DNA of 64,000 nucleotides from Phyllosticta citribraziliensis (Eukaryota), in the NCBI RefSeq assembly GCF_038025025.1, contig NW_027117349.1, positions 496,001 through 560,000 of the forward strand, given 5' to 3'. The translations under genes were made by a program, and so were the position numbers. How positions within the stretch are numbered: the first letter of the stretch is position 1; each line of letters opens with the position of its first letter. This document shows, piece after piece, positions 13,850 to 27,174 of this stretch. The notes under the pieces are model-generated. The model saw only the letters and a program-made list of their open reading frames with translations, was not told the origin of the DNA and ran no database searches.

Positions 13850-15408
13850 ATGGCCGAAATCCTCCACTGCCCGTTCTGCCCCTTCTCGGACAGGGATTCG
13901 TACTTTCTGATGCTGCACGTCGAGGAGCTTCACACCGAGGACTCCCCTTTCGTCGCCCGGGACAACAACTCTGCTCCATACGCTCCTTCTCCCACGCTGC
14001 CCGGAAAGCAGGCCTGTCGCGACAATCCGCCCGGAGAAGAAGGCGATTCCGACTGGGTGCTCTGCCCCGATGACAATTGCGGAGAACAGGTTCCGCTCTA
14101 TGAACTCAACGACCATCTCGATCTCCACCTCGCAGAGACGTTGGAATATCAAGAAGCCGCCGGCATATCTTCGTCGTCATCATCCACAGCCGTCAACATG
14201 CGTTCTCCGTCAACCATTGCTTCTGAGCATTCATTTAGCGGCAACAGCTTCTCGAAGCAATCGAACCGCCATGCTCGGACCCGCCTCCCGTCCGACGACT
14301 CTGAAAAGTCAACCTTGACCAGGAGCTTTCTGGACATCATCAAGCCCTCTTCGCCGTCAAAGAAGAAGAGTGGTTCCAGGCCTGCTCAAAACGGACGTCT
14401 TGGAGTGAGTTCGCTTGACAACATTTCCCTACGTTGTTGCTAAAATTCGCTCGCCAGAAATCCGAGCTGGGTCCTTATGCTTTTGAAGAGCAGATGCCCG
14501 CATGGTTGTACCGGCAAATAGAAGCTGGCCCCAAGGTCACAGTCGCCAACCGCATTGGCCGCGATGGCCGTATCATCAAGGTTGAAGAGGTTGACAACGA
14601 GACCCCCGGAATTCTCCCTGTCCTGGCTCAGCTTTGCTCCATTGATCGAGGCGTCAGCCGCGCCTACCTATGCCACCCCAGCACCATATTCATCACCAAA
14701 CGGCAAAATGAGGGCGGCTTCTGTGGCTATCGCAACACCCAGATGCTCGTGTCCTATGTCCAGGGCGCAAAGGCTCAAGGCCATGACAAATTCGGTGCGC
14801 GCACGCCTGGCATCCTCTTGCTGCAGGACATGATCGAAGAGGCTTGGGACAGGGGCATCAACACTGTTAGTCGCACCCAGACCGGTGGCATCCGAGGGAC
14901 GCGCAAGTACATCGGCACGCCAGAGGTAAGTCAGTCATGCATTGTCTTCCAAAGATTTACTCACATGACCCAGGTCGAAGCCCTGCTCCGGAGCCTCGGA
15001 ATCGACCATGGCCTGCAAATGTTCACGGACCGTCCAAACAACCAAGCACACGAGCAACTGCTGAATGATGTCGAATCTTACTTTGAGGCAGCGGTCGAAG
15101 ACGATGAGAACATCAAGGTGCACAAGACGCACTTGCCGCCAATCTACCTCCAACAGCCCGGCCACTCAATCACCATTGTCGGCTTTGAGAGACTCAAGGA
15201 CGGCACCCGCAACCTTCTCGTCTTTGATCCCATGTTCAGAACCTCGCCAGGCATGCACAGAATCCTTGGTCGCAAGGACTTGCGCACCCATCGACCCGAG
15301 ATTCTGCAGGCCTATCGAAGGGGTGCCAGGCAGCTGAGCAGGCACAGAGACTTCGAGATGATCAAGCTCACTGCTCATCCGCCGCTTTTCCCGGCATGGG
15401 ACGTATGA
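13850..15408 (+). CDS. ZUP1/ZUFSP/Mug105-family deubiquitinase (peptidase C78-like) with two N-terminal zinc fingers; 3 exons
   Basis: Zinc fingers CPFC...HVEELH and CPDDNC...HLDLH. Catalytic Cys motif GGFCGYRNTQML, then KYIGTPEV, His motif PPIYLQQPGHSITIVG and Asp motif LLVFDP. Introns at ~14405-14457 and ~14926-14973. Confidence 0.88.
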
Positions 15409-15727
15409 AGTCCCTCTTTCTCGTGCACCACAGTCGCTTCCCATTTCCGGCATTACTATTCATCACCAAGATACCCAACATTGCAAAAGACATCTGCTCT
15501 CACCAGTTGCTAAAAGTCAACAGGTCATTTCGATTTTTCCCGAGTGTCCCTACCTCTACGTCTTCTTTCATGCGCCCACGTTGGATTACCACATCATTCC
15601 AGAGCATTGTTTCACGGTGCTGTTCCCGTGGCAAAGCTTCGGAGCATTGTTCTCTGTCCAAGACGCCCGATTCGCTTCCACCGACACGACCAACGAGACG
15701 ACGACTGACAGCGGTCTCTTGGGTGGA

Positions 15728-16783
15728 ATGCCGGTCCTGCTGGACAAGGCCTACCTTGAGTGGATGAAGCCAACCACTGGTTCAGATCCCGTGTGCGCCA
15801 TCAAAACGACCAATACCATTAGCTCCCATCCTTCTTCTGTTGCCGCTTACCTCGAAACCCATCAAGGCGAGGAACTCCCCGAAGACGTGTACTTTGAAAA
15901 GTCCGTCGATGCCCCCGTTGCCATCCACTATGCCTGTGGTATGCCTTTTCGACCCGGATACATCCATCACGCCTTCAAACGGTGTCAGCCCCCGAATCCC
16001 TTCAAACGCTACAACAACAGCGAAAGCTCTTCATCGACGATTAGCATCACCGGTGGCAGTAGCGAGACCAGCCCGACATCTCCGCGTCCTCCGTTTGCTT
16101 CCGGGGCGCGCCCGCCTAGCAAATTTCCAGAGAAACGGGTGCGGCCTTTGAGTCCTCGCGCTGCCGGATGGCCGTTTGCACCACCACAGGCCCAGCCGCA
16201 GCAGCATTGCTCGTCTCCACCAAATATCCAATCATTTCCCTCTCCTGCTCCGTCTGTGTGCTCGATTTCGGGCGCTGCTGAAGTTGGAAGCGGAGAGCCT
16301 GGTTGCCAGCATTGTGCGTACGCAAAAAGGTACACAAAATGGCTACATCCCCAGACGTATCATGAGCGGAGAGACTCTGGCATTGGATGCACTCCAGACC
16401 TGTCCGGTCAGCTCAGCACGCCAGGTCCACCACTGTTTTCTCTGCCATCCCCACCTCTATCACGAGCCCCTTCCTTCGCCTGCCATTACCACCAGCAAAA
16501 CAACCTCCCCTACCGGCCCAGACAAGACTCGCAGGACCAGTACTCGAGCGACTACCAACAGCTTCCTTCTCGTCGCCGTTGGTCGCAAGCTACCAACTCC
16601 ACCGTGACATCGATCCGCCACCACCCTTCGGCGTCGGCGGCAGTGCCGGATCAGCTCGAAGATTTCTTTTACGAGATGGGGAGCGACGGACGCCAGGCCG
16701 TATTTTACGGCACAGGCAATGGGATGCACAAGGGAAAAGAGGTGCGCAATGCCAGGACCTGCGGTAACTGGAGGGACAGCTGA
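15728..16783 (+). CDS. Hypothetical Ser/Pro-rich protein
   Basis: Stop-free frame of about 1.2 kb with the first in-frame ATG at 15728. No recognised domain; start uncertain. Confidence 0.45.
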   Translation: MPVLLDKAYLEWMKPTTGSDPVCAIKTTNTISSHPSSVAAYLETHQGEELPEDVYFEKSVDAPVAIHYACGMPFRPGYIHHAFKRCQPPNPFKRYNNSESSSSTISITGGSSETSPTSPRPPFASGARPPSKFPEKRVRPLSPRAAGWPFAPPQAQPQQHCSSPPNIQSFPSPAPSVCSISGAAEVGSGEPGCQHCAYAKRYTKWLHPQTYHERRDSGIGCTPDLSGQLSTPGPPLFSLPSPPLSRAPSFACHYHQQNNLPYRPRQDSQDQYSSDYQQLPSRRRWSQATNSTVTSIRHHPSASAAVPDQLEDFFYEMGSDGRQAVFYGTGNGMHKGKEVRNARTCGNWRDS

Positions 16784-17277
16784 AACGTGGATGGGCAGAG
16801 TCTGATGGACGCTTCTTGCTTCTTGCTTTTGGGTTTCCTTTGTCTTATTTCGTGGTTTCGACGGTGTTTGGGCCGGATACTGGGTTCGAGGGGCGGCCAA
16901 GCTTCTTGACATGAGAGTGGGCGTAAGGATGGTATTGACATGGCTTTGCAATGGCGTGCGCGCACCAGACAGGTGGTATGCATGGTATGCATGCGTGAGT
17001 AAGAAGTGGTGGATTAGAATAGAACTTGAGGCTTGGGGTAGATGGTTCCATGAGATGACATTCCAATCCGCCTTGCAGTGGAGTTTACCGTTCCAAGACA
17101 TCAAGAGTATGAAGCAGAGAAGCTTGAACCGTTTGCGAGGGCGAAGACGGTGCCGCTATGATTTTCGCGACTTTGCCGTAGACGGAGGAGGACCAGGCTT
17201 CATCACCGTCAACACAAAACAATGCATGTAGCATGAGCAAATGACTGATCGTCTGAAGATTCAGCATTGTTGCCATT

Positions 17278-19318
17278 TTACAAGATACTCATGACATCCG
17301 GGTTCGAGCTGAAATGGTTGAAGCAAATCTCGCCGATGATCCTGCCCGCATCCATGAGCTCCTGCTCGACCTCTTCAGCCGGCTTGCCGCGGCCGCCCTC
17401 GACGATGCGCGTGTACGCCAGCACCATGCGCGGGATGAGGAAGCCCTTGCCGCCGTACTGCGTGTTGCGGACCCAGTGCTCGGCCAGCTTGGTGTAGCGC
17501 TGCAGGACGTCGCAGATGCGGTCGCGCACGTACGGCATCTCGGCGACGAGGTTGTGGGAGGATGGCCTGGTGGTGTTGGTGCCGGCTTGGGGCTTGGGGG
17601 CCACGGCGTTGAGCAGGCAGTCGCAGAGGTACAGGACGGCGTAGAAGAGGCCCGTCTTCCAGGCCTTGTTGGAGGGCTGCATGGCCGAGGCGAAGAAGCG
17701 GGTCGGGTTGGGTCCGATGGTGCCGTCGAGCATGGCGAGCGCCGTCGTGAGGCACAGGCTCTGCGAGAAGTTGTAGCGCGGGTCGTTGCGTATCGCAAAC
17801 GGCATGTGGAGCACCAGAATGTAGCGACGGTAGAGGTGTCGCAGAAAGTCTGCCTGGAAGCAGTACGACTGCCTGGTGTCGTTTTCGGGGACGGCGTCGA
17901 GGTGTTTCTTGATGTCTGCGTCGAGTCGGAGGATCTTTTCGTAGTCGTTTTCTGTACGGATCGAGTTTGCGAGGGCGGCGACGGCCGCTCTCGTTTGGAG
18001 GGATCCGGCCATGTTTGCCTGCTTTGGTATCGAAGTGTTCGGAGAGGCGATTTCGTTTGTGGCAATCGGCGGTAGGGTGTCCCAGTCCTCTGGCCGTAGC
18101 GTTGGAGGAAATCCGGCATCGAGGCAGGCTTGCAGGTCAAGTTCGAGAATGGTTTGCCATATTCGTCTGCGGAGTTCGAATTGGTCGACTGGGATGCCGC
18201 GAAGCTTGGAAGGGTCGCGGTGAAATCCCATGCCCATGGCTGTTCTGACCAGTGTGGCTGCTGGAATCTGGCCCCAAGGTTCACAGATGGCACAAGTTTG
18301 ACGCATCAAGACAGACAAGCAACAGACCTGCAAGGTATCCAGGCTTCTTTCCCAAGTTTCCGTGGCTGTATCCTGCCAAATGAGAGCCAGTCGCCACCAT
18401 TTCAACACCTTATTGCGGTGAATGGGCCGTTCCTCGTATGTCAAGGTACTATCCCCAATGGCTATGACCAACAGGAGCTGTACCACAAAAACTGCCGGGG
18501 CTCCGTCTGGATCAGACCAAAATTGTTCGTACTGGGTGTAGAATTTGTCCAAGTCCAGAACAGAATAAATCAAGTCATAAGTCTCGACGTAGCGTCGGAG
18601 GAGACTGTCAGCAACATTTCGCGGAGGTACTTCATGGGAAATGCCAAGGTTCGCGTCATCAGTGTCTTGAATTATCAAGCGACGTTGGTCGAGCTGACGC
18701 CTCACGCGTCCGTATCTTTTGCCAGCCTCCTCGCCCGATTCATCCTTGTGGCCACAAATGTAGAACATGATTCGGTCGAACTTGAGTGGTATTAGTTTTG
18801 CCCTGGCTAATCAGATTGACCGAGAAGATTACTTTTTTCGAGAACCACCAGTAGTTGCAGCTCTGTCCATGGTAAGTCATTTCATTGTCGACGTTGTACA
18901 ACATGCCAGAAAAGGCATAATTTGTATTCTCATCCTCCCCCGGCATGGGACGCGTAGGTGGCGTTGCGGCAGGGTGTGCAGCTGTCTCGACAGACGGAAA
19001 AGCCGAACCCGAGTCCGACGGTGACAATACTGCTGTTCCAGACCTCGACGGAAATAGGTGCTGTGACGTCCGTCCGGGCGTTGAGACGGTTGCCGCAGGA
19101 CTAGCCAACTGATGATGCTGGGGCTGCACCGTCAGGATTGGGTGCCGTGTCTGTAGTGGCGTGTCGGCGGGAAAAGTACACTGGTCTTTCCATCCTCTTT
19201 TTGTGCAGCGGACACACGGGTGCATCTGGTCACACTTGACTTTGCGCTGCCTACACTGGACGCAACTGAACTGCGGCCTGTTTCTGCGCCGACGTGGGGG
19301 AGCCGGGGGTTGGTCCAT
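17278..19318 (-). CDS. Zn(II)2Cys6 transcription factor with fungal-specific TF middle domain; 2 exons
   Basis: RRRRNRPQFSCVQCRQRKVKCDQMHPCVRCTKRGWKDQC and AMGMGFHRDP...RRRIWQTILELDLQ. Intron ~18781-18831 (GTAATC...AAG). Confidence 0.93.
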
Positions 19319-21349
19319 CCTGAGCAGCTCTCAGACGTTGAGTGGGTATAGAAAAGGAGAAGGGAAAAAAAAAAGGCAATGATGGTGTCGAACGCGGGAC
19401 GCGAATGAAGGCGGGAGGGCGAGTCTATAAAGCTCGGCCTCGGACTTTCCCAATCTGCTCGGCTCGGATTTGACTCAGGCACATGCAGCTTATCTGATGT
19501 CGGCATCGGTCAAGTCTCGGTCTCCGATCACATACACACTAAACTCCAACCAACGCCGTCGACACACCATCTCTACATTCCTCCAACTGCCTTTCTTTAG
19601 CAGTTTTTCTATAATTGATTAATTAATTAATTTATTTATACTCTATTCTAAACCTTAGCTATAGGCCTAGTTATATAGGCTAAACTAGATTAGGTAATTA
19701 CTATACTATAAATAGAGTACTAGATAAGGCCTTTCCTAGCTATATAGGGTAGGTTAGGTAATACCTAGTACTCTAAAAAACTAGAGGAAATAAAGGGAAA
19801 AAGCTAGTCTATCTAGATAAGGCCTTTATAGCTAGTCTTAGTAGGTAAGTTAGGTAAGGCTTCTATCTTCTTACTAATAGATCTATATCTATCTTTCTCT
19901 TTCTTCTCCTCCTCCTCCTCCTACTCCTTCTCCTACTTAATTTCCTAGAGAAACCTATAGTAGTAAGATATACTACTATTTAGGCCTTTAAGTACTCTTT
20001 TTATTAGGTAATATAGTCCCTCTATAGCCTAGTATAGGCTTAAATAGAAGGTAAGTACTAGATATATTAAAATCCTAAAAAGGATTATAGCTAGTAACTA
20101 GTCTATACTAATATAGCTAGGGAAGTTATTATAGTAAGAGGCTATCTATCTATCTTTAAATAGGGGGTATTTTCTCTCTTTATACTAGATAGAAATTAGG
20201 TCCTTAATAGCCCTCTAGAGCTAGTACTTAGATAATACTAAGATAGTATTATAGTATAGGATCTAGTAGATTTAGTAGAGGATAAGGGGATTACTAAACT
20301 CTCTATTAGGAAACTTATATTTATAGGCTATATAGGTAAATATATAGTCCTTCTAAATATAGTAGTTAAGATAGTTTATCTCCTAGTATTAGTACCTAGG
20401 GAATAAAGGGGCTATATTATTAATTTATTAAATATAGTAGTAGTCTAGTTAGGTAAGGGCCTAAGGTATAAGGACCTTATAGTTATAGGTATAGCCTATA
20501 GGAGAGTTATAGTTATAGTAGTTATATACTCTATTATTAAAAGTCTAGTAGATACTTCTATAGCTAGAGGCCTTAAGAAAGGTACTACTAATAGAGTTTA
20601 GACTAGAAAATTAGAGCTTTCTAGATAGAAGGGATATATAAAGGATAAGGGCTTCTATATACTAATATTCTATAGTATCTAAGTTATTATATATCTCTTA
20701 CTAATAGTAGGAGACTATTACTCCTAGAGAAGGGCTATAATAGGGGTACTAGATCTATTTAGAGCTATATCTCTATTTAATAGTAAGATCCTAGATATAT
20801 ATAAACTCCTAGAGTAACTACTAGGGGGTAAGTTTATAGTTAAAGAGCTAGGGGATATAGTAGAGTTCTATATTAAAAGGAGTAGAGGAGGTAGAAGGGA
20901 GCTTAAATAGTATCTAGTAGTCTTAGTTAAGGGTAGTATCTTAGAAGATACTAAAGAAAGGGTAGAAGTTATAGTCTATTCCTTAAAGGTTATTATATAA
21001 AGATTTAGGTAGCTACTTAAAGACCTCCTTATAGGTAACTACTACTAGCCTCTAGAGGTTATCTAACTAGAGGTAGTTAGTATAGCCTAGAAAAGGCTTA
21101 TTAGAGCTATAAGGGGTATTATAAATAGTCTTACTTAGGTATATACTAGTAGTAAGAGTAGGGGGCTAGATAGATTAGGTATTAGAATAGGTATAGTATA
21201 TCTTAGTAGTTATAGTAGTAGTCTTTATAGGTTACTAGTAGATAAGAAGAGATTATAAGTAAGAGAGTAGTACCTCTCTTTTATACTCTTCCTTTATCTA
21301 TATATATATAGGGGTCTAAGAAGTAAGGTTGCCTCTAGTCTTAGTAGAT

Positions 21350-24300
21350 ATTAGAGTTAGTACTAAGGGGCCCTAATAGACCCCTAGCTACTAGTTAATA
21401 GTAAGATATAGTTAGTATCCTTATCCTATATATATATAATATCTATAGGTATAGCTCTAAACTACCTAAGGAGCCTAGTCTATAGTAGGTAGTATAATAT
21501 CTTTATAGCTAGTTAGGGACTTAAGAGAATTTTATTAAGCCTAATAGTACTAAAGAGGCCTTATCTACTAAAGATAGAGTAGTCTAAGAGAATATACTAG
21601 ATAGTCTACTTAGCCTCCTTATATATATAGTAGGAGGTTTTAGCTACTCTAATATAGTAGAAGTAGTTAGTAAGTCTAATCTTCTCTAACCTTATCTAGA
21701 TAAGGTAGGAGCTAACTAGTTTTAAGAGGCCTCTATATAGTCTTAGTACTATTTTAGTAGGGAATCTAAGGTACTACTAAGTTATTTTATCTATATAGCT
21801 ACCTATCTACTTCTAGGTCTAGGTAGTTTTAAGCTAGTTCTTAAGGCCTATCTTTAGGGATATATAGAGGATTTTTAACCCTAGGGCTAGAAGGAGAGGA
21901 GGGGTATTAGGTCTCTTTTTTTAGAAGCTAATAGCCTACTTAGCCCTATTATTAGCTACCTTATTCCTATCTACTCTAGAGTAGGCTAGGATCTAGTAGA
22001 TTATAATATTAAGGCTAAGGGCCTAGAGGTAGATAAAGGTATAGTCTATCTAGATAATAATATATTAGCTAGATTATTAGTATAGTTAGTTATTTAAGAT
22101 AATTATAGCCTAGTTATTAGTAAAGATATAGAGGTAGTTATAGGTATATAGATTATATATATAGTACTTAATAGCTACCTATATAGCTATAAGTATCCTA
22201 TAGAGTTTAGTAGTATATACTATAAAGTAAGTTACTAGGCTATAATAAGCTATCTCTACTACTTAGATCTATAGTAGAACTACTACTAATCCCCTTAGAT
22301 AATAAATACTAGTCCTATCTATATATACTATAAGAGCCTATATATCCTTAAGGATCTTATTATAGGTCTTTAGAGTAGTTTCCTAGTCTTTAATAACTAT
22401 TAGGGGTAGTTCCTACTATAGTAAGTAGGAGAATAGAAGCCTAGTTTCTAGATAGTTTAGTTCTATAGGTATATACTACTAGGAGTTAAGGAGCTACTAG
22501 TATATTTATTCTAGTAGGCTATAAAGAGTTAACTTATTTTTAGAGTTAATATTACTACTCTAGATTATAGTCCTAGTATTAATAAGGTCTTAGAAGGGGG
22601 GGAGGTAGTCCTAAGTCTAATATAGGTATCTACTATAGCTATATTAAGCTAGAGCTAGATTAGTAGGATATAGGCTTTAACCTATAGAGTATTAAGAGTA
22701 GTAGTATAGAAGGTACTAGTAATTACTATAAGTACCCTCTTCTATACTCTTTTAAGTACTTAGAGGGTCTATTTAGAGTATATCTAGTAGCTATACCCTA
22801 GGTAGGGGTTATACTAGGCGGATATATAGAAAAGAAAGTAGAGGAGTATAGTAGATTAGTAGAAGAGCTAGAGAGAAGTAAGAGAAAGGCCCTATATAGA
22901 TCTAGTAATAGTAGAGAGAGTACTAACTTAGGCTACTACCTTTACTTCTATTTTCTTTATATAGTACTAGAAGAGTAGCTTAGAGTTAAGTTCTATACCT
23001 AGTAGTTAGTAATACCTAACTAGGGTAATAGTAACTCCTTCTACTATAATATTAGTATCTATTTTTACTATAGGGGAGGTAGCCTTTAGTAGGGTATATT
23101 CTAGGATATAGTAAAAGTAAATAAGTTTATATTTATAAGGTTTAAAGGTAGTACTATAGTAGCTAGTCTACTCTTCTATCTAGGTATATTTTCTCTCTAG
23201 TAGGTAGTAGTTAGTCTTAGTATCTAGGCCTATAGTAAGGGTATTAGTATTATTAATATATTCTACTATTTAGTAGGTCTAGTCTTAGAGGTTAAGGAGG
23301 TCTACTATATAGAAGAGGAAGAGAATAGGGCTAAGTAATAACCCTTATAGAATTTCTACCTATCCTATAGTTATAGAGTCTATCTAGATTTTATTTATAT
23401 AGAGGCTAGTAGTTTAGTTCTAGAGAAAGCTCTAGATCTAGTTTACTATTAGAAGTAGGAGTTATCTCTTATAGAGGTTATATAGTAGGTAGTTATAGAT
23501 AATATTATTAAAGGTACCCTTAAGGTTAAGTATTAGTAGGGTAATAACCTAGGTATTAGTAGTCTTCTATACTATATAGATTATTTTAAGTATATAGTAA
23601 ATAGTATTTTCTACCCCTTACTACTATTAGCCTCTAATAGTAGCTCTTAGGAGAAGGGAGTATTTTTTAACCTTAAAGCTAATTTAGTAGGCTAGGACCT
23701 TATTAAGTACTTTTTCTAGAGTATTAAGAAGGGCTATTAGTTAATATATCTTTACTACCTAGTAGTCCCCCTTCTTTAGTTTTTAGAGGATAACTATTAT
23801 AGATACTTAAAAGTATTAGGAGTAGTAGGACTCCTATAGGCTAGTATTAAATAGCTATACTAGTATATTAAGGAGGGGTTCTACTATAGTAGTAAGAATA
23901 TAGAAGGGGAGGCTATTAGGGCCTAGAGCCTTATCTAGATAGCTAGACTAGATAGCCTATTAGACTTTATAGGGTATAATAGGGTAGAAGGGTAGAGGGT
24001 TAGAGTAGAGGTAACTATTAATATTATTAAGTTATACTAGTAGTAGGTCTATAAAGAAGCTATTATATAGTATAGTAGCTTTTTCTATAGGGGATACTAT
24101 AAAGGTACTATCTAGATAGTAGAGGGAAGGGGTAAAGAAGAGGGCTAGTATCTCTCTATTTCTAGCCTACTTTACCTACTAGAAGAGCTATAATATATCT
24201 CTAAAGGTCTCTTCTATTTTTAACTAGAAAGCCTAGTAGGTAGTATAGTTAATAAGGTATAATTTAAAGTTATAGATATACTTATAGGCCTCCTAGTCTT

Positions 24301-25360
24301 CTAGGGATTAGGTCTATTTAAACTATTAGTAGAGCTAGTAGTAGTAAAGCTAGGCTTTTTTATAGGCTAGTATAAAGCCTAGTACTATATAGGGGGAGGG
24401 TATTATTATAGGTATAGTTTTCTAGATACTCTTAGTAAGGAGGTTAATAATAGCCTTAGTAGTAGTATTAATATTATTAGGGGTTAGGTAGTAGTCCTAG
24501 TAGAACTTATAGTAGATAAGGGAGGATCCTATATATACTAGAAATATAAACTATTTAATATTTATCTTCTTTTACTAAAAGTAAGAGGTTTTCTCTATAC
24601 TATTTATAAATAGTATAAGGACTATACTAATTAGAAAGTAGTTAGAATTATAGTCTTTTAGACTATTATAGTTAGTAGAGCCTACTATATAGCTAATTAG
24701 ATAGTCTAAGATATATAGGGTAGCTATAATTAGATCTATTATTATAGGCTAGAAGTAGGCTCTAGCCCTATAAATAGATATACCTAGGGGTAGGAGAAGA
24801 GAGAGGTAGTATTAGTCTATAATATAGAGAAGTATCTAGATAGTAGTATCTAGATTTTTAACTTCTACTCCTCCCTAGATAGAGTAGTAGAGGTTAAAGT
24901 TACTAAGAACTATATAGTTCTCCTCTAGATATTAGGAGAGGGTAAGTTCTAGATATAGAAAGATACTAGGGTTATTACTACTAGTAGTTAGGTTATAGAT
25001 ATTATAGATATAGACTATTCTAGGCCTAGTATCTAAGTAGTAATTAAAGTAGAAGGTAATAATATCCCTCTCTAGCTTCTCTACCCTCTATACCCTAGAA
25101 GGGAGGCGCTTAGTAATAAAGAAGTAGACTTAAATAGGAGAGTTAGTAGAGGTAGGGCTAAAAAGTAGGTAGAAGTACTATTTTACTAGATAGTATATAG
25201 TATATTTAGGGCTATAGGTATTAATCTAAGATTCCTAAATAGCTACTATATCCTATATAATAGTATTAGGGTTTCTAAGAAATAGGGCTATAACTCTATC
25301 TTTTAATTTATTAGTATTATACTAGGTTATATAGAGGACTTTATATTCTAATATTTAGAG
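21350..25360 (-). pseudogene. LINE ORF2 relic (APE endonuclease - reverse transcriptase - RNase H - CCHC)
   Basis: The motifs occur in the expected order. Most stops fall at TAG/TAA positions where CAG, CAA or TGG codons are expected. Ends are approximate. Confidence 0.85.
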
Positions 25361-25399
25361 GTACTAGATAGTAGCTAGGTAGTTAACTAGAGTATATAT

Positions 25400-26944
25400 T
25401 AGGTTAATTCTATACTAGATAAGTCTAATATAGACTCTAAGGACTCTCTATATTCCTTAGGGCTTATTTATAGTAGAGGGCCTATAGATAGGAGGGCTTA
25501 CTTAGGGGCTAGAGCTAGAAGATATAGAATAGTAACTTTAGAGTTAGTATTCTTTATAGCTAATAGTATCTATAGAGGTAGGGATATATTCCTATAATAC
25601 TTAAGTAGGTATCTAGTAGTACTATTAAAAGTAGCTACCCTATACTACTCCTATAGGGCCCTAAGATAGGTATAGATAATTTTATCTAAGAAGAGGCTAA
25701 CTAGTATCTTAATTACTAGAATTCTAAAGATAGGGTAATTCTCCTAGTTATTAGTAATAGTAGTAGGGGTCTTAGTTAGGGAGCTTCTATTCTAGAATAA
25801 GAGGTTAGTCTAGAATAGGAGGAAGAGGTCTATATAGTCCTTATATATAACTAGTAAGGAGGGTTAGGCTAGTACTACTACCTCCTACTAGGGTACCTTC
25901 TAGATAGGGCCTAGCCTAGTATTTATACCTTTTATAAGTTTAGCCCTAGGCTTTTTCTTACCTTTACTTACCTTAGTAGTACTAGTAGGGCCCTACTTAA
26001 GATAGAAGCTAAAGTTAGCTTAAAGGACTAGAGCTATAGTAGGGGTCTATATAGAGGGGGAGAGTATCTCTATACTATTAATACTTAGATTTATAGTTTT
26101 CTTCTTATAGATACCCTAGAAGGGGGCTATAGTAGTATAAACTATAGCTACCCTTTCTCTTTCCTTAGCTAGTTCCTTATAGGGCTCTAACTAGGTAGTA
26201 TATCTACTATAGTATACTATATAGGTAGAGATAAAGTCTAGATTATTAGTATAGGGGTAGTCTCTTAAGTTATAGGTACTAGTATAGAAAGTATATATAG
26301 TAGAGGAGTAGTAGTAAGGGCTAATATATCTACTCTTCTAGTACTTAAAGTATCTAGTAATATAGTAAGCCCTCTTATATCTTTTAGCTAGGTACTATTT
26401 AGTACTATAGTTAATACCCTAGTAGATAACTATATTATAGGCTTTAAGGTCTATAAACTCTATAACTAGTATTACCTAAAAACTATTAAGTACCTTCTTT
26501 AGGTATAGCTAGCTAATATAGGTAATATCTATATTAAGGGGGAGGTACTTACTATTCTCTATAAGAATTCTATATACTAGTATAGTATAGTTATCTATCC
26601 TAAAGTTTACTATATTAGTACTTTTTAGGACTACTCTATAGGTCTACTAATAGACTCTAGTAGAGAGGCTAAAGTAGTAAATCTAGTCCTTTATATAAAT
26701 AGTAAGGGCCTCTACCTCTACTATTATACCTATATAGAGTAGTAGGTCTCTACTAGGTTTAAAACTAGTATTAGAGAATTTAATATATTTAATAGTAAGT
26801 ACTACTACTCTTCCCTTTAGTACTTTATATACCCTATTAAGTATAAGCTAGGGGTCCTATTTATAGATCTAGAAGGTAATAGTATTATTAGGGATCTTTA
26901 TATATATCTCTTAGTTAGTAGTAGTTTTATATATAGGGAAGGTA
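25400..26944 (-). pseudogene. LINE ORF1 (gag-like, three zinc knuckles) relic, 3' part; the 5' part probably continues at ~33287-33700
   Basis: De-RIPped reading RCFKCQKSGH.SPHC...CAFCAGAHDSRDCP...C..C.G.H.AW. Boundaries approximate. Confidence 0.75.
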
Positions 26945-26949
26945 CTAGA

Positions 26950-27174
26950 TAAGATAAATTAATAGTAGATAGGTAGTAGAGTAGGTATAAGGTCTATAAG
27001 GATATTAAGATATAGGGTTAGCTAAATCTTAGTTATATAGTAGTATATATACCTAAGTAAGCTATAGGCTAAGTTAGCTATAGCTCTATATCCTCTCTAC
27101 TACTCTACCTTATAATTATTAATTATTAGCTAATTAACTTACCTTACTTAGTACTAATTTACTACTTTATAATA
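26950..27174 (+). repeat. 5' LTR of the Gypsy element
   Basis: 225 bp, identical to 33057-33281 at 224 of 225 positions. TA...TA termini match RIP-converted TG...CA. Confidence 0.96.

Noticed and set aside
17278..19318. GC decline along the TF toward the island as RIP leakage
   Set aside because: CA and TG remain common, and other genes far from the island show the same GC-rich 3' ends.
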